A stretch of 40,229 nucleotides of DNA from Cyanobacteria bacterium UBA7694 (lineage in GTDB: Bacteria > Cyanobacteriota > Sericytochromatia > UBA7694): NCBI GenBank assembly GCA_002482705.1, contig DLGM01000366.1:1-40229 (forward strand). The letters are read 5' to 3'. Below, piece by piece: positions 1 through 8,142 of the stretch (positions within the stretch are counted from its first letter, which is position 1; every line of letters starts with the position of its first letter). The translations under genes and the position numbers were made by a program. A model generated the notes under the pieces. That model was not told the DNA's origin. It ran no database searches and saw only the letters and a program-made list of their open reading frames with translations.

Positions 1-1512
1 GGCCACAATCCCATAACCGGCAAACACCACCTCGCTGCTAGGAATTGTTCCCGTGCCTGAAAAAGCGAGGGGTCGCCAATCCTGATCGAGACGCAAAGAG
101 CCCAGCTTGCTGGTCGCATCAACAGAGGCCCCAGCTTGGAAAGCAAAGGCTTGAATATAAGACTTGTCACCGGCCGGAAGCAGGCCCATACGCTGGAATT
201 CGGACGCTAGATAGGTCGTGGCTTTGCGTTCACCCGCACTGCCTGTCAAACGCCCCTCCAGCTCCGGGGAAGCCAAATAGGTGACATGCCGCCGCAGATC
301 ATCCGCATGGATTTCAGGATGGGTAGGCACTTGGGAAGCCGAAATATGGGCCACCTCAGGAGTGGAGCCTTTTACACGCGGTAACCCTAAAAGGCGGCGG
401 GCCTCGGCATCATCCCAATCGCCCAGAAAAATATGCGAGCTGTGATCAGTGGTTCGATTGCTGGTCCAGCTCAATTGTGTGCCATCCGGGGAAAAGGTTG
501 GGAGGCTGTCAAAGCCTTCCGTATAAGTGACCCGCACCGGCTCTTTTTGCCCGTGGGAATCTACAATATACAGCTCAAAGTTCTGGAAACCTTGGCGATT
601 GCTGCCAAAGATTACATAATCTCCTGAAGGATGGAAAAAGGGAGCCCATGACAATACCCCCATGCGGGTGATCTGTTTCTGATCCGATCCATCCACATTC
701 ATGGTGAAAATCTCAGCCGTTTCACCGCCCTCAGAAAAGCGCCGCCACACAATTTTTTTGCCATCTGCACTATAAAAAGGCCCGCCATCATAACCAGGAG
801 TGGTCGTTAAACGCCGTACATCCGAGCCATCGGCATTCATGGTGTAAATATCCATGAAATAGGCTTTGTCCCGTTCAAACACCGTCTGTTCTTCAGGGGT
901 CAGCTTGCGTTGGTAGGCTTCACGGTTAGAGGCAAATACAATCCGTTTGCCATCGGGGGAATAGGCACCCTCAGCATCATAACCCATAGTTTGGGTGATA
1001 TTCACCGGATTTTTTCCCTGGGCATCGGCCACGTAGATCTCGTACTGTGGATCATAGTCCCAGCTATAACGACGGGTTTGGCCCGAGGCACGGAAAGCGA
1101 TTTCATCCCGTTGCAACTGCACTGAAGCAGGGTCAGCATGGGTCGAGGAATACATCAAGGTCTGACCATTGGGGTGAATCCAGCCACAGGTGGTTTTACC
1201 CACTCCCGGAGAGACTCGCTGAGTTTCTCCGGCTTCAAAATCGAGCACATACATTTGGTAAAAAGGGTTGTTGGGTTCACGCTCACTCTGAAAAATCATG
1301 CGTGTGCCATCGGCACTGAAATACCCTTCGCCCGAACGCTTCCCCCCAAAAACCAGTTGGCGGGCATTTTTGATCAGGGCCGTTTCAGCCGCTGCAGGAG
1401 CTTGAGTCAACTGCTGTGCAGCTGGCTCAACATCTTCAGGATGAGCAACGGCGGGAGACGCCAACAAGCAGGGAAGCAGCACAAAAAGAGAAGCTAAAAA
1501 GCGATATTGCAT
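1..1512 (-). CDS. Secreted TolB-like (PD40) beta-propeller protein continuing into an M28-peptidase/PA-domain-like region. The C-terminal part runs off the window.
   Basis: This ORF is absent from the ORF track because it is open to the window edge. Hand translation of the reverse strand from ATG (complement of 1510-1512) gives MQYRFLASLFVLLPCLLASPAVAHPEDV, a signal peptide. PD40-like units follow: GEGYFSADGTRMIFQSEREPNNPF, EGAYSPDGKRIVFASNR, GGPFYSADGKKIV and LPTFSPDGTQLSWTSNR. Next comes DLRRHVTYLASPELEGRLTGSAGERKATTYLASEFQRMGLLPAG...SSEVVFAGYGIVA, typical of the start of M28 aminopeptidases. There is no stop codon down to position 1. Confidence 0.8.
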   Translation of the reverse strand, partial: MQYRFLASLFVLLPCLLASPAVAHPEDVEPAAQQLTQAPAAAETALIKNARQLVFGGKRSGEGYFSADGTRMIFQSEREPNNPFYQMYVLDFEAGETQRVSPGVGKTTCGWIHPNGQTLMYSSTHADPASVQLQRDEIAFRASGQTRRYSWDYDPQYEIYVADAQGKNPVNITQTMGYDAEGAYSPDGKRIVFASNREAYQRKLTPEEQTVFERDKAYFMDIYTMNADGSDVRRLTTTPGYDGGPFYSADGKKIVWRRFSEGGETAEIFTMNVDGSDQKQITRMGVLSWAPFFHPSGDYVIFGSNRQGFQNFELYIVDSHGQKEPVRVTYTEGFDSLPTFSPDGTQLSWTSNRTTDHSSHIFLGDWDDAEARRLLGLPRVKGSTPEVAHISASQVPTHPEIHADDLRRHVTYLASPELEGRLTGSAGERKATTYLASEFQRMGLLPAGDKSYIQAFAFQAGASVDATSKLGSLRLDQDWRPLAFSGTGTIPSSEVVFAGYGIVA

Positions 1513-1516
1513 AAGT

Positions 1517-1933
1517 TTATTCCTGTTGAATAGCCGGTAGCCACTTCCGTACACGCTCAAGTAAAAACGCGTCATCACATGATTTGAGGACATAATCAGC
1601 CGCTCCGCTCTGAATGGCGGCTTGCACCGTTTCAAGACGGTCATCACCCGTTAGCATAATCACTGGGATATGTTGCGTGCGCTCCATAATTTTGAGCTGA
1701 CGCAGAACATCTACCCCATCCACCTCGGGCATCTGATGATCGAGCAGAATCAAATCGGGGGTCTTGGTCATGGCCAAGCGGAGGGCTTCACGAGCATCAT
1801 TGGCTACCAAAATAGTCGGGACATAAGGCTCGAGAATTTTAGAGGTTAAAAGCGTCGCCATCGGGTCATCATCGACGACCAGCACAGTGCTCGTATGTTG
1901 TGATGGAGCCGCATCAGGAAACAGATCGCGCAT
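1517..1933 (-). CDS. Stand-alone response-regulator receiver domain (CheY-like)
   Basis: 138 aa. The sequence shows VLVVDDD (acidic pocket), LILLDHQMPEVDG (phospho-acceptor Asp), VIMLTG and YVLKS (conserved Lys). There is no output domain. Confidence 0.9.
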   Translation of the reverse strand: MRDLFPDAAPSQHTSTVLVVDDDPMATLLTSKILEPYVPTILVANDAREALRLAMTKTPDLILLDHQMPEVDGVDVLRQLKIMERTQHIPVIMLTGDDRLETVQAAIQSGAADYVLKSCDDAFLLERVRKWLPAIQQE

Positions 1934-2061
1934 GGGCTAGGCACAGCCTCTTTAATAAAGCAGAGATAAACACTGCCGAAATAATCTCACATGCAAATAT
2001 TAACATATGTTCAGCTTGATTCCGCACCGGGCGAATTTATGTCTCCACAAAACCCCTGGCC

Positions 2062-3267
2062 TTAGTGCTGCAAGACAAAATAGTGTTCCAGCAGCGCTTG
2101 CATCAATCCCCGTAAACCTACCTCAGTGTCAACCTCAGAAAAACCCAGGGACGGAGCCAAAGCGAAACAGATCTGCCGCCAACTTTGTTGGCCATCAATC
2201 GCTTTCCAAAAGGCACGGGAAACCTCAGTGAGGGGCAATTGTTGACCCAAACCATTTTCGAGGATCGCTTGCTCTGCAGACATACGAATCAAAGGCGAAG
2301 GCTCGGGAATTGCATCTGGGAGCCAAGTCAAAGCCGGGCGTTCAAACGCTTGGGGAGAGGCGTAAAAGGTATAGTTGCGATCGGTCCGCAACCGGTCTAC
2401 CAAAGCGTATCGCGCTGGGAGAGATAAAGCGGCAACATAATCTGGCAAACCAGGAAAAAAACGCTGTGCCGCCCAATCCGCCTCATCAAGAAAACGTAAA
2501 AAACAGAGCTGTTCAACGGCCAACAAAGCAAAAACATCTGGCAGGTACAAGGCCTGTTCACAAACCTGTAAATAGGTATCCACCAAAAACGCATCTGAAT
2601 CAGCAAACTCTGCGCCAAAATTGTCAGCTAATACTTTTTTCTGACGCTGATAATCCTGTTTGTAAGGATGCTCTGTAGGCAAACCCGCCCAGAAAGTACG
2701 GCAGACCATCAAACCTTCGGAAAGATCTTGACCATCCCATAACTGACGCAAGAGCTGCTGTACTTCACGGATGAGGGCCCGGCCGGGGCCACTGTAAAGC
2801 ATCAAGCACATCACACCATCGGGTTTCAGACGGCTCTTAAGTTGATTTAAACCCCGCTGTGGTGTGGGTAGATGGTGTAAGACACCCGTGCAGTGAATGT
2901 AATCGAAAGGGGTTCCCAAGTCCGATAAGTGCTGCAAATCCGCCTGTAAAAAGGTGACGGCATCCGAACCATAACCCGCTGCCGCTAAACGCGCCTGGGC
3001 GCGCACCAATGATGCCTCACTCAAATCAACCGCCACAATCTCAGCATCAGGATTGGCTTGGCGCAGTTTGAGGGTCGAAAAACCGGTTCCACAACCGGCA
3101 TCAAGAATACGCACCGCCTGAGTCGCAGGTAAACGATGCGTGCAATAATAATGACCAAAGCGGTAACTGGAAGGCCCCGGAGTCAGATCCGCGAGCGCCC
3201 CAAAAGGGAGGTCGGGGAAAGGGAATGCTTCATACTGTTGGCGTACAGCCGCAGTAGCCTGATCCAT
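2062..3267 (-). CDS. Class I SAM-dependent methyltransferase with an about 200-aa C-terminal extension of unknown function
   Basis: 401 aa. It has SAM motif I (RILDAGCGTGFST), then VAVDLS and IHCTGVLHHL. The C-terminal half has no motif I recognise. The start codon directly abuts the pfk stop (TAAATG on the minus strand). Confidence 0.85.
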   Translation of the reverse strand: MDQATAAVRQQYEAFPFPDLPFGALADLTPGPSSYRFGHYYCTHRLPATQAVRILDAGCGTGFSTLKLRQANPDAEIVAVDLSEASLVRAQARLAAAGYGSDAVTFLQADLQHLSDLGTPFDYIHCTGVLHHLPTPQRGLNQLKSRLKPDGVMCLMLYSGPGRALIREVQQLLRQLWDGQDLSEGLMVCRTFWAGLPTEHPYKQDYQRQKKVLADNFGAEFADSDAFLVDTYLQVCEQALYLPDVFALLAVEQLCFLRFLDEADWAAQRFFPGLPDYVAALSLPARYALVDRLRTDRNYTFYASPQAFERPALTWLPDAIPEPSPLIRMSAEQAILENGLGQQLPLTEVSRAFWKAIDGQQSWRQICFALAPSLGFSEVDTEVGLRGLMQALLEHYFVLQH

Positions 3268-4293
3268 TTAGCTAGAGGGGGTCAGCTTTTGGGACATCAT
3301 AATTTCCTGTTCTAAATAGGCTTCATAGAGTAAGCGAACACGCTCCTCACGGCCTCTGGTCGCCACATCTTCAAGCGGACAGGTGACAATTTCGTTCTTG
3401 AGTAACCCCATCATCACGTCTTGGTTACCTGCGACCATTTGGCGAACGGCATGAATTCCCATTTTACTGGCCAAAATGCGGTCAAAAGCGGAAGGTGCTC
3501 CCCCGCGCTGAATATGGCCCAAATTGGTAAAACGGATGCTAAGTTGCTCAAAACCGCGCTCCGCCATATACCCTTTGATCATGGTCTTCAGTGCTTCGTC
3601 GTTTTTGCGCTGAAAACCTTCAGCTTTGATAATAATCGCGTGTTTCTTTGAGCGGCGGAATGCCTTGTGAATGAGGTTACAAAACAGCTCTTCGCTAAAG
3701 TCAGACTCAATCTCCGGCATGAGTACCGCCAGAGCACCACAGGCAATCGCACTCATCAGAGCCAGATAACCACAGTTTCGTCCCATCACTTCGACCACAA
3801 ATAAACGGCTATGAGAAGAAGCGGTATCACGGATTTTGTCGACGTTATAAACAATCGTGTTCAGGGCCGTATCCACCCCAATCGCCATGTCCGTACCATA
3901 CAGGTCATTGTCAATCGAAGCCGGAATCCCAATCACAGGAATGCCTGTTTCTTGGTGTAACAAGTGAGCCCCAGTCAATGACCCATTTCCACCAATCACA
4001 ATCAGGCCATCAATATCACAGTGCTGAAGATTGCGAAAAGCCTTCATGACATAGGGTTTTTCTTGGAATTGGGGGTAACGGGCAGTCCCTAAAAGGGTCC
4101 CCCCATGTTGCAAGGTTCCGGCAATATCGTGGTTGGTCAAGGGCAAAATATGCCCTTCTACCAGACCTTGATAACCATCATGTACCCCATACACACTGAT
4201 ATCGTTAAAGCTGGCCTCACGTACGATGCCCCGCAAGGCAGCATTCATACCGGGGGCATCCCCGCCACTGGTCAAAACAGCTATTTTTTTCAT
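3268..4293 (-). CDS. pfkA: ATP-dependent 6-phosphofructokinase
   Basis: 341 aa. Signatures are KKIAVLTSGGDAPGMNAALRG, GIPASIDNDL, VVEVMGRNCGYLA and LGHIQRGG. The start overlaps the upstream deacetylase stop (ATGA). Confidence 0.95.
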   Translation of the reverse strand: MKKIAVLTSGGDAPGMNAALRGIVREASFNDISVYGVHDGYQGLVEGHILPLTNHDIAGTLQHGGTLLGTARYPQFQEKPYVMKAFRNLQHCDIDGLIVIGGNGSLTGAHLLHQETGIPVIGIPASIDNDLYGTDMAIGVDTALNTIVYNVDKIRDTASSHSRLFVVEVMGRNCGYLALMSAIACGALAVLMPEIESDFSEELFCNLIHKAFRRSKKHAIIIKAEGFQRKNDEALKTMIKGYMAERGFEQLSIRFTNLGHIQRGGAPSAFDRILASKMGIHAVRQMVAGNQDVMMGLLKNEIVTCPLEDVATRGREERVRLLYEAYLEQEIMMSQKLTPSS

Positions 4294-5354
4294 AGGTGGC
4301 TCCTTAAAAGTGGTTGCAGCTGAGATATCTGAGCTAAAAGTTCGTGGAGGGTTTCATGGGTCACAACGGGCGTAGGGCTCATAAAAGGCTCCTTAACAGG
4401 CACAGCCTGCTCTTGCATCAGGGTTTGGAAACTGCCCAATACAGAGAGGGCCAAGGCATGGGTGTGATAACCCCCTTCGAGAATAAAACCGGCTCGCCCA
4501 CTACAATGGCGATCAGCCAGTTTCATGACCTGCTCCGTTAACAGCGAAAAACCCGTGGCATTGAGGCCCATATGCGAGAGTAAATCGGCATGATGGGCAT
4601 CATAACCCGCAGATACCAAAATCAGCTCCGGCTGAAAACGCGCTGCCAATGGGGTCACGAGGGTCTCAAAAGAGGTCAGGTAGTCGCCATTGTCACTGCC
4701 GCGCGGCAATGGAATATTGACGTTGTAGCCATATCCCGCGCCGACCCCCATATCGGTGACAGCCCCCGTGCCCGGCCAGTTGAGATGTTGATGCCATGAG
4801 ACAAATAAAACCCGTGGATCTTGGTAGAACATATGCTCAGTGGCGTTCCCGTGATGGGCATCCCAATCAAGGATCAACACCCGCTTGAGCCCCATCACCT
4901 CCAGGGCATAAAGGGCCGCCAGAGCCACATTATTAAACATACAAAAGCCCATGGTGTGGGTGGGCATGGCGTGGTGGCCCGGAGGGCGCACCAATGAAAA
5001 AGCGGTCGTGTAGGGGCCGTCCAAAATAGCGCGGGTCATGTCTACCGCCGCCCCTGCCGCCTTGAGTGCCGCAGGGTAAGTGCCTGTGGAAACCACGGTG
5101 TCTTCATCAATCCGTTGGCCCACCTCACCGGCTTCCCGGCTAAAGCGCTCCAACATGTGGACATATTCAGGATCATGTAAGCGATAGAGCAGCGCTAAGT
5201 CGATCGGATCCGGTTCTTTGCGTGGCAGTCGTGAGAACAAATCGGCCTGATCCAAAGTGTTCAGGATATGGCGCAAACGGTCAGGAGATTCGGGGTGGCC
5301 CGCTGTCTGGTGCTCCAGAAACTGCGCTGAATAGAATAAAAGGGGCTGTGGCAT
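4290..5354 (-). CDS. Zn-dependent histone-deacetylase-family protein (AcuC / acetylpolyamine or protein-lysine deacetylase-like)
   Basis: 354 aa. Motifs are RPPGHHA, LILDWDAHHGNATE, VSAGYDAHHAD and ILEGGY. Confidence 0.9.
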   Translation of the reverse strand: MPQPLLFYSAQFLEHQTAGHPESPDRLRHILNTLDQADLFSRLPRKEPDPIDLALLYRLHDPEYVHMLERFSREAGEVGQRIDEDTVVSTGTYPAALKAAGAAVDMTRAILDGPYTTAFSLVRPPGHHAMPTHTMGFCMFNNVALAALYALEVMGLKRVLILDWDAHHGNATEHMFYQDPRVLFVSWHQHLNWPGTGAVTDMGVGAGYGYNVNIPLPRGSDNGDYLTSFETLVTPLAARFQPELILVSAGYDAHHADLLSHMGLNATGFSLLTEQVMKLADRHCSGRAGFILEGGYHTHALALSVLGSFQTLMQEQAVPVKEPFMSPTPVVTHETLHELLAQISQLQPLLRSHL

Positions 5355-5361
5355 TCAGGTT

Positions 5362-5709
5362 TCACTCTTCCGCAGCAGAGGCATCGGGCAATAAATCGGT
5401 GGGCCCAAGCAAGAGCGAACCGGGCCGAGCCAAAGCCTGCTCCCCAAACAGCGTTTGGGGGGAGCGCATCTCTTGCGGGGGAGGCGCCGGGCGGATCGAG
5501 ACATTGCGAAACAGCGCCTGAGGATCGGGGAAAGCCGGGCGCACACGGCGCAGCTCCTGGGGCGTCACCAAAGGGGCTGGAGCCGGCTCATCGGCAGCGC
5601 CAATTATTTTCATCACCGCATCTGAAAGCGTCCGAGGAACAGGTTTATACTTGGCCACGTCCATCCTGATTTCCGTAGAGGTTAAAGGCAATCTCTGACC
5701 GTCACTCAA
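5362..5709 (-). CDS. Hypothetical Pro-rich protein. Coding status and start are uncertain.
   Basis: This 115-aa ORF starts with TTG, with an alternative ATG at MDVAKYKPVP. It ends 7 nt upstream of the deacetylase start. The region is GC- and Pro-rich, and two other frames are also open. I recognise no motif. Confidence 0.4.
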   Translation of the reverse strand: MSDGQRLPLTSTEIRMDVAKYKPVPRTLSDAVMKIIGAADEPAPAPLVTPQELRRVRPAFPDPQALFRNVSIRPAPPPQEMRSPQTLFGEQALARPGSLLLGPTDLLPDASAAEE

Positions 5710-5813
5710 TTATAGCTGAACAGCCGCGCTGACGCCAAAGAAACGGGTCTTGGCTTAGGGGAGAGAAAATGTTAATATTGTGACAAATTACCCTTAAACT
5801 TTCAAGGTTCTTT

Positions 5814-6893
5814 ATGCAACCAGCCCACCTGCTTCCCTGTTCGCTTGCTCTGCTGTTGCTTTTTGCCTGCCAAGGCCCGCTCGCTTTGCAACCTCCGGCC
5901 CCAGGGGCAGTCACCGCCGCCAGCCTGTCAACCACAGCCGTCAACAGCCAATTGCATCGGCTGCGTCAGCAGCAGTTTCAAGAGCTCGATCACAATCACA
6001 ATGGCTCCCTTGAAAGCCAAGAGGTTCCCCATCTTTCAACAGCCACCTTCCAGCAATATGATCGGGACCAAAACCAGCAGTTGAGCTTGGCCGAACTCTA
6101 TCCCCAAGCCCCCAATCAACCCACACCTGGCTTATTGCGCAAAGAACTCGAAATCTTATACCGGCAAGTACAACAGGGACAAGCCCGCCAAGAAAAATTT
6201 CCTGACTTGCCAAACCCCAATCAAAGTTATGCAGCCTTTGAGCAGGCCTTCTTGCGCGAAGTAAGCGAAAGTGCCTTTGTCAAACAAACGGCAACCCCAA
6301 GCCAATACCGTACACCAGTTCTACTTGTGCCCGGTTATGCCGAACCCAGCTGGTATTTTATGTACGGTCTCTACCGCATGCTCAAAAAAGAAGGCTGGGC
6401 CGTGGAAGGTATCAACCTTTTCCCCAACTTTGCCAGTGCCGAAGAACAAGCCGCCAAAGTCAAAGCCAAAGTTGCAGAAATGCAAAAAACCTATGGCAGC
6501 AGCAAGGTGCATTTGGTGGTCCACAGTTTTGGGGGATTGATCAGCCGCTATTATATTCAGGCTCTGGAAGGGCAAGGTGCGGTTGATCAATTGATTACGA
6601 TTGCTACCCCCCATTTTGGAACGTATACGGCCTACCTTGGCCCTGGTAAAAGTGCCGAGCAACTGCGTCCCAATAGCCCCTTCATTCAACAGCTCAACGC
6701 GCAAGGGTTTATCCACCCACCCGTTCGTTATACCTCAATTTGGTCAAATGTTGACGAAATTGTGATTCCACCCCGCCATGCAATTATGCCCGGTGCCCCC
6801 ACCCATGAAGTGAGCTGGACCGGGCACCTCAGCATTATGTTTAGCGAACGCACCTATACCCATGTCAAAACAGCGCTCAAGAGCAGCCCCTAG
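5814..6893 (+). CDS. Lipoprotein: N-terminal EF-hand pair fused to an alpha/beta-hydrolase lipase/esterase domain
   Basis: 359 aa. The signal peptide has a lipobox-like LLLFAC. Two canonical 12-residue EF loops are present (DHNHNGSLESQE and DRDQNQQLSLAE). The nucleophile elbow is VHLVVHSFGGL (GxSxG-type, resembling small secreted lipases). Confidence 0.8.
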   Translation: MQPAHLLPCSLALLLLFACQGPLALQPPAPGAVTAASLSTTAVNSQLHRLRQQQFQELDHNHNGSLESQEVPHLSTATFQQYDRDQNQQLSLAELYPQAPNQPTPGLLRKELEILYRQVQQGQARQEKFPDLPNPNQSYAAFEQAFLREVSESAFVKQTATPSQYRTPVLLVPGYAEPSWYFMYGLYRMLKKEGWAVEGINLFPNFASAEEQAAKVKAKVAEMQKTYGSSKVHLVVHSFGGLISRYYIQALEGQGAVDQLITIATPHFGTYTAYLGPGKSAEQLRPNSPFIQQLNAQGFIHPPVRYTSIWSNVDEIVIPPRHAIMPGAPTHEVSWTGHLSIMFSERTYTHVKTALKSSP

Positions 6894-6979
6894 ACGATAC
6901 CCTTGCAGTGACCCAAACCTCTTTTTAAAATAGAAGTATCAGCACCCTTCATATCCGTCCAGACAGGGAGTGTTAGCCA

Positions 6980-7207
6980 ATGGCTGCCAAAACCAAAAAA
7001 GTGATCTTCAAGTGTCCGCTCGTCAAAAAGAAAGTGTGCCTTGATGTCAACAGTGACGAAGAAAAAGGCCTGCTCAGCACCAAAATCCACGCTCAGACTG
7101 TGCTCAAATGTGATTTACAATCAATGGGCGGCTGTAGCCAACGCATTGATGCGTTTGATACCAAATGCCCCGCTGTGGCCCAGGCCCATAAATGCAGTCT
7201 CAAATGA
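6980..7207 (+). CDS. Small Lys/Cys-rich hypothetical protein (three K-C-x7/8-C units), translationally coupled to the downstream J-protein
   Basis: 75 aa. GGGAG lies 9 nt upstream of the ATG. The stop TGA (7205-7207) overlaps the ATG at 7204 of the DnaJ-like gene. Cys pairs are C12/C20, C44/C52 and C63/C72. Competing short ORFs in other frames lower the confidence. Confidence 0.5.
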   Translation: MAAKTKKVIFKCPLVKKKVCLDVNSDEEKGLLSTKIHAQTVLKCDLQSMGGCSQRIDAFDTKCPAVAQAHKCSLK

Positions 7208-8142
7208 ACTACAGCGACTATTATGCGGTTTTGGGCGTGGACAAAACCGCCAGTGAAAACGATATTCGTAAGGCTTATCGGCGCTTGGCCAAACAGTACC
7301 ATCCCGACACTCACCCCGGCGACAAAGCAGCCGATAAAAAGTTCAAAGAGATCAACGAAGCCTATGAAGTGTTAGGCGATAAAGACAAACGGGCACGTTA
7401 TGATCAACTCGGTGCCAATTGGCAACAGTATGAAGATCTGGGCAGCATGTTCAGCGGCTTTGGCCAAGGCGGTCGCCGCGGACGCCGTGTCGAATTTGGC
7501 TCCCAAGCCTTTGACCTCAACTTCAGCGACTTTTTCGAAACCTTCTTTGGTGACAACTCCAACAGCTTTTGGGATAAACACATGCACAGCCAGCCCCGCC
7601 ATGAAGGACGCCACTGGCAGCAACAATCCCCGCGCTCCCAGTCCACTCCGCCCCCCCAAGAAGTCACCACTGAAGTCACCCTTGAGGAGGCGCTCTCAGG
7701 TTCAAAACGCCGTGTAGCCTTAGACGGCGGCGAACGCACCCTAGAAGTGCGCATCCCACCAGGCGTCAAAGAGGGTTCAAAAATTCGTATTGGAACAGGC
7801 AATGGGGATATTCACTTGGTGGTGAAACTCGCTCCACACCCTGTATTTACTGCTGATGGCAATGATTTGCGTTGTAAAGTGACCGTCTCGGACTATGATG
7901 CACTCTTAGGGTGCAGTACTACCCTGACCACCCTCAGTGGCAATAAACTACAGCTCAAAGTCCCTCCCGGCAGCCAAAATGGCCAGATGTTTCGCATCCG
8001 TGAACAGGGTTTGCCTGATCTCAAAGGCACATCCCGAGGCGACCTGTTCGCCACCTTAGAGGTAAAGATCTCGCGCCATCTCGACAGTGAAGAACAAGCC
8101 TTGATCGCACGTTTTCGCGAACTGCGCCAGCAAAAAGTTTAA
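7204..8142 (+). CDS. cbpA: Class II DnaJ-family co-chaperone (CbpA-like; J domain, G/F region and C-terminal substrate-binding domains, with no zinc-finger domain)
   Basis: The sequence is MNYSDYYAVLGVDKTASENDIRKAYRRLAKQYHPDTHPGD...EINEAYEVLGDKDKRARYDQLG (J domain with HPD). A GF-rich linker follows, then DnaJ C-terminal beta domains (EVRIPPGVKEGSKIRI, LKVPPGSQNGQMFRIREQGLP). No CxxCxGxG repeats are present. The ORF track starts 12 nt earlier (7192). I prefer 7204 because of J-domain spacing and the ATGA coupling. Confidence 0.9.
   Translation: MNYSDYYAVLGVDKTASENDIRKAYRRLAKQYHPDTHPGDKAADKKFKEINEAYEVLGDKDKRARYDQLGANWQQYEDLGSMFSGFGQGGRRGRRVEFGSQAFDLNFSDFFETFFGDNSNSFWDKHMHSQPRHEGRHWQQQSPRSQSTPPPQEVTTEVTLEEALSGSKRRVALDGGERTLEVRIPPGVKEGSKIRIGTGNGDIHLVVKLAPHPVFTADGNDLRCKVTVSDYDALLGCSTTLTTLSGNKLQLKVPPGSQNGQMFRIREQGLPDLKGTSRGDLFATLEVKISRHLDSEEQALIARFRELRQQKV

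Noticed and set aside
5222-5546. ORFs 5222-5521 (+) and 5355-5546 (-) overlap the Pro-rich 115-aa ORF.
   Set aside because: The GC-rich segment is open in several frames and none has an SD or motif. I kept only the frame co-oriented with and adjacent to the deacetylase, and that at low confidence.
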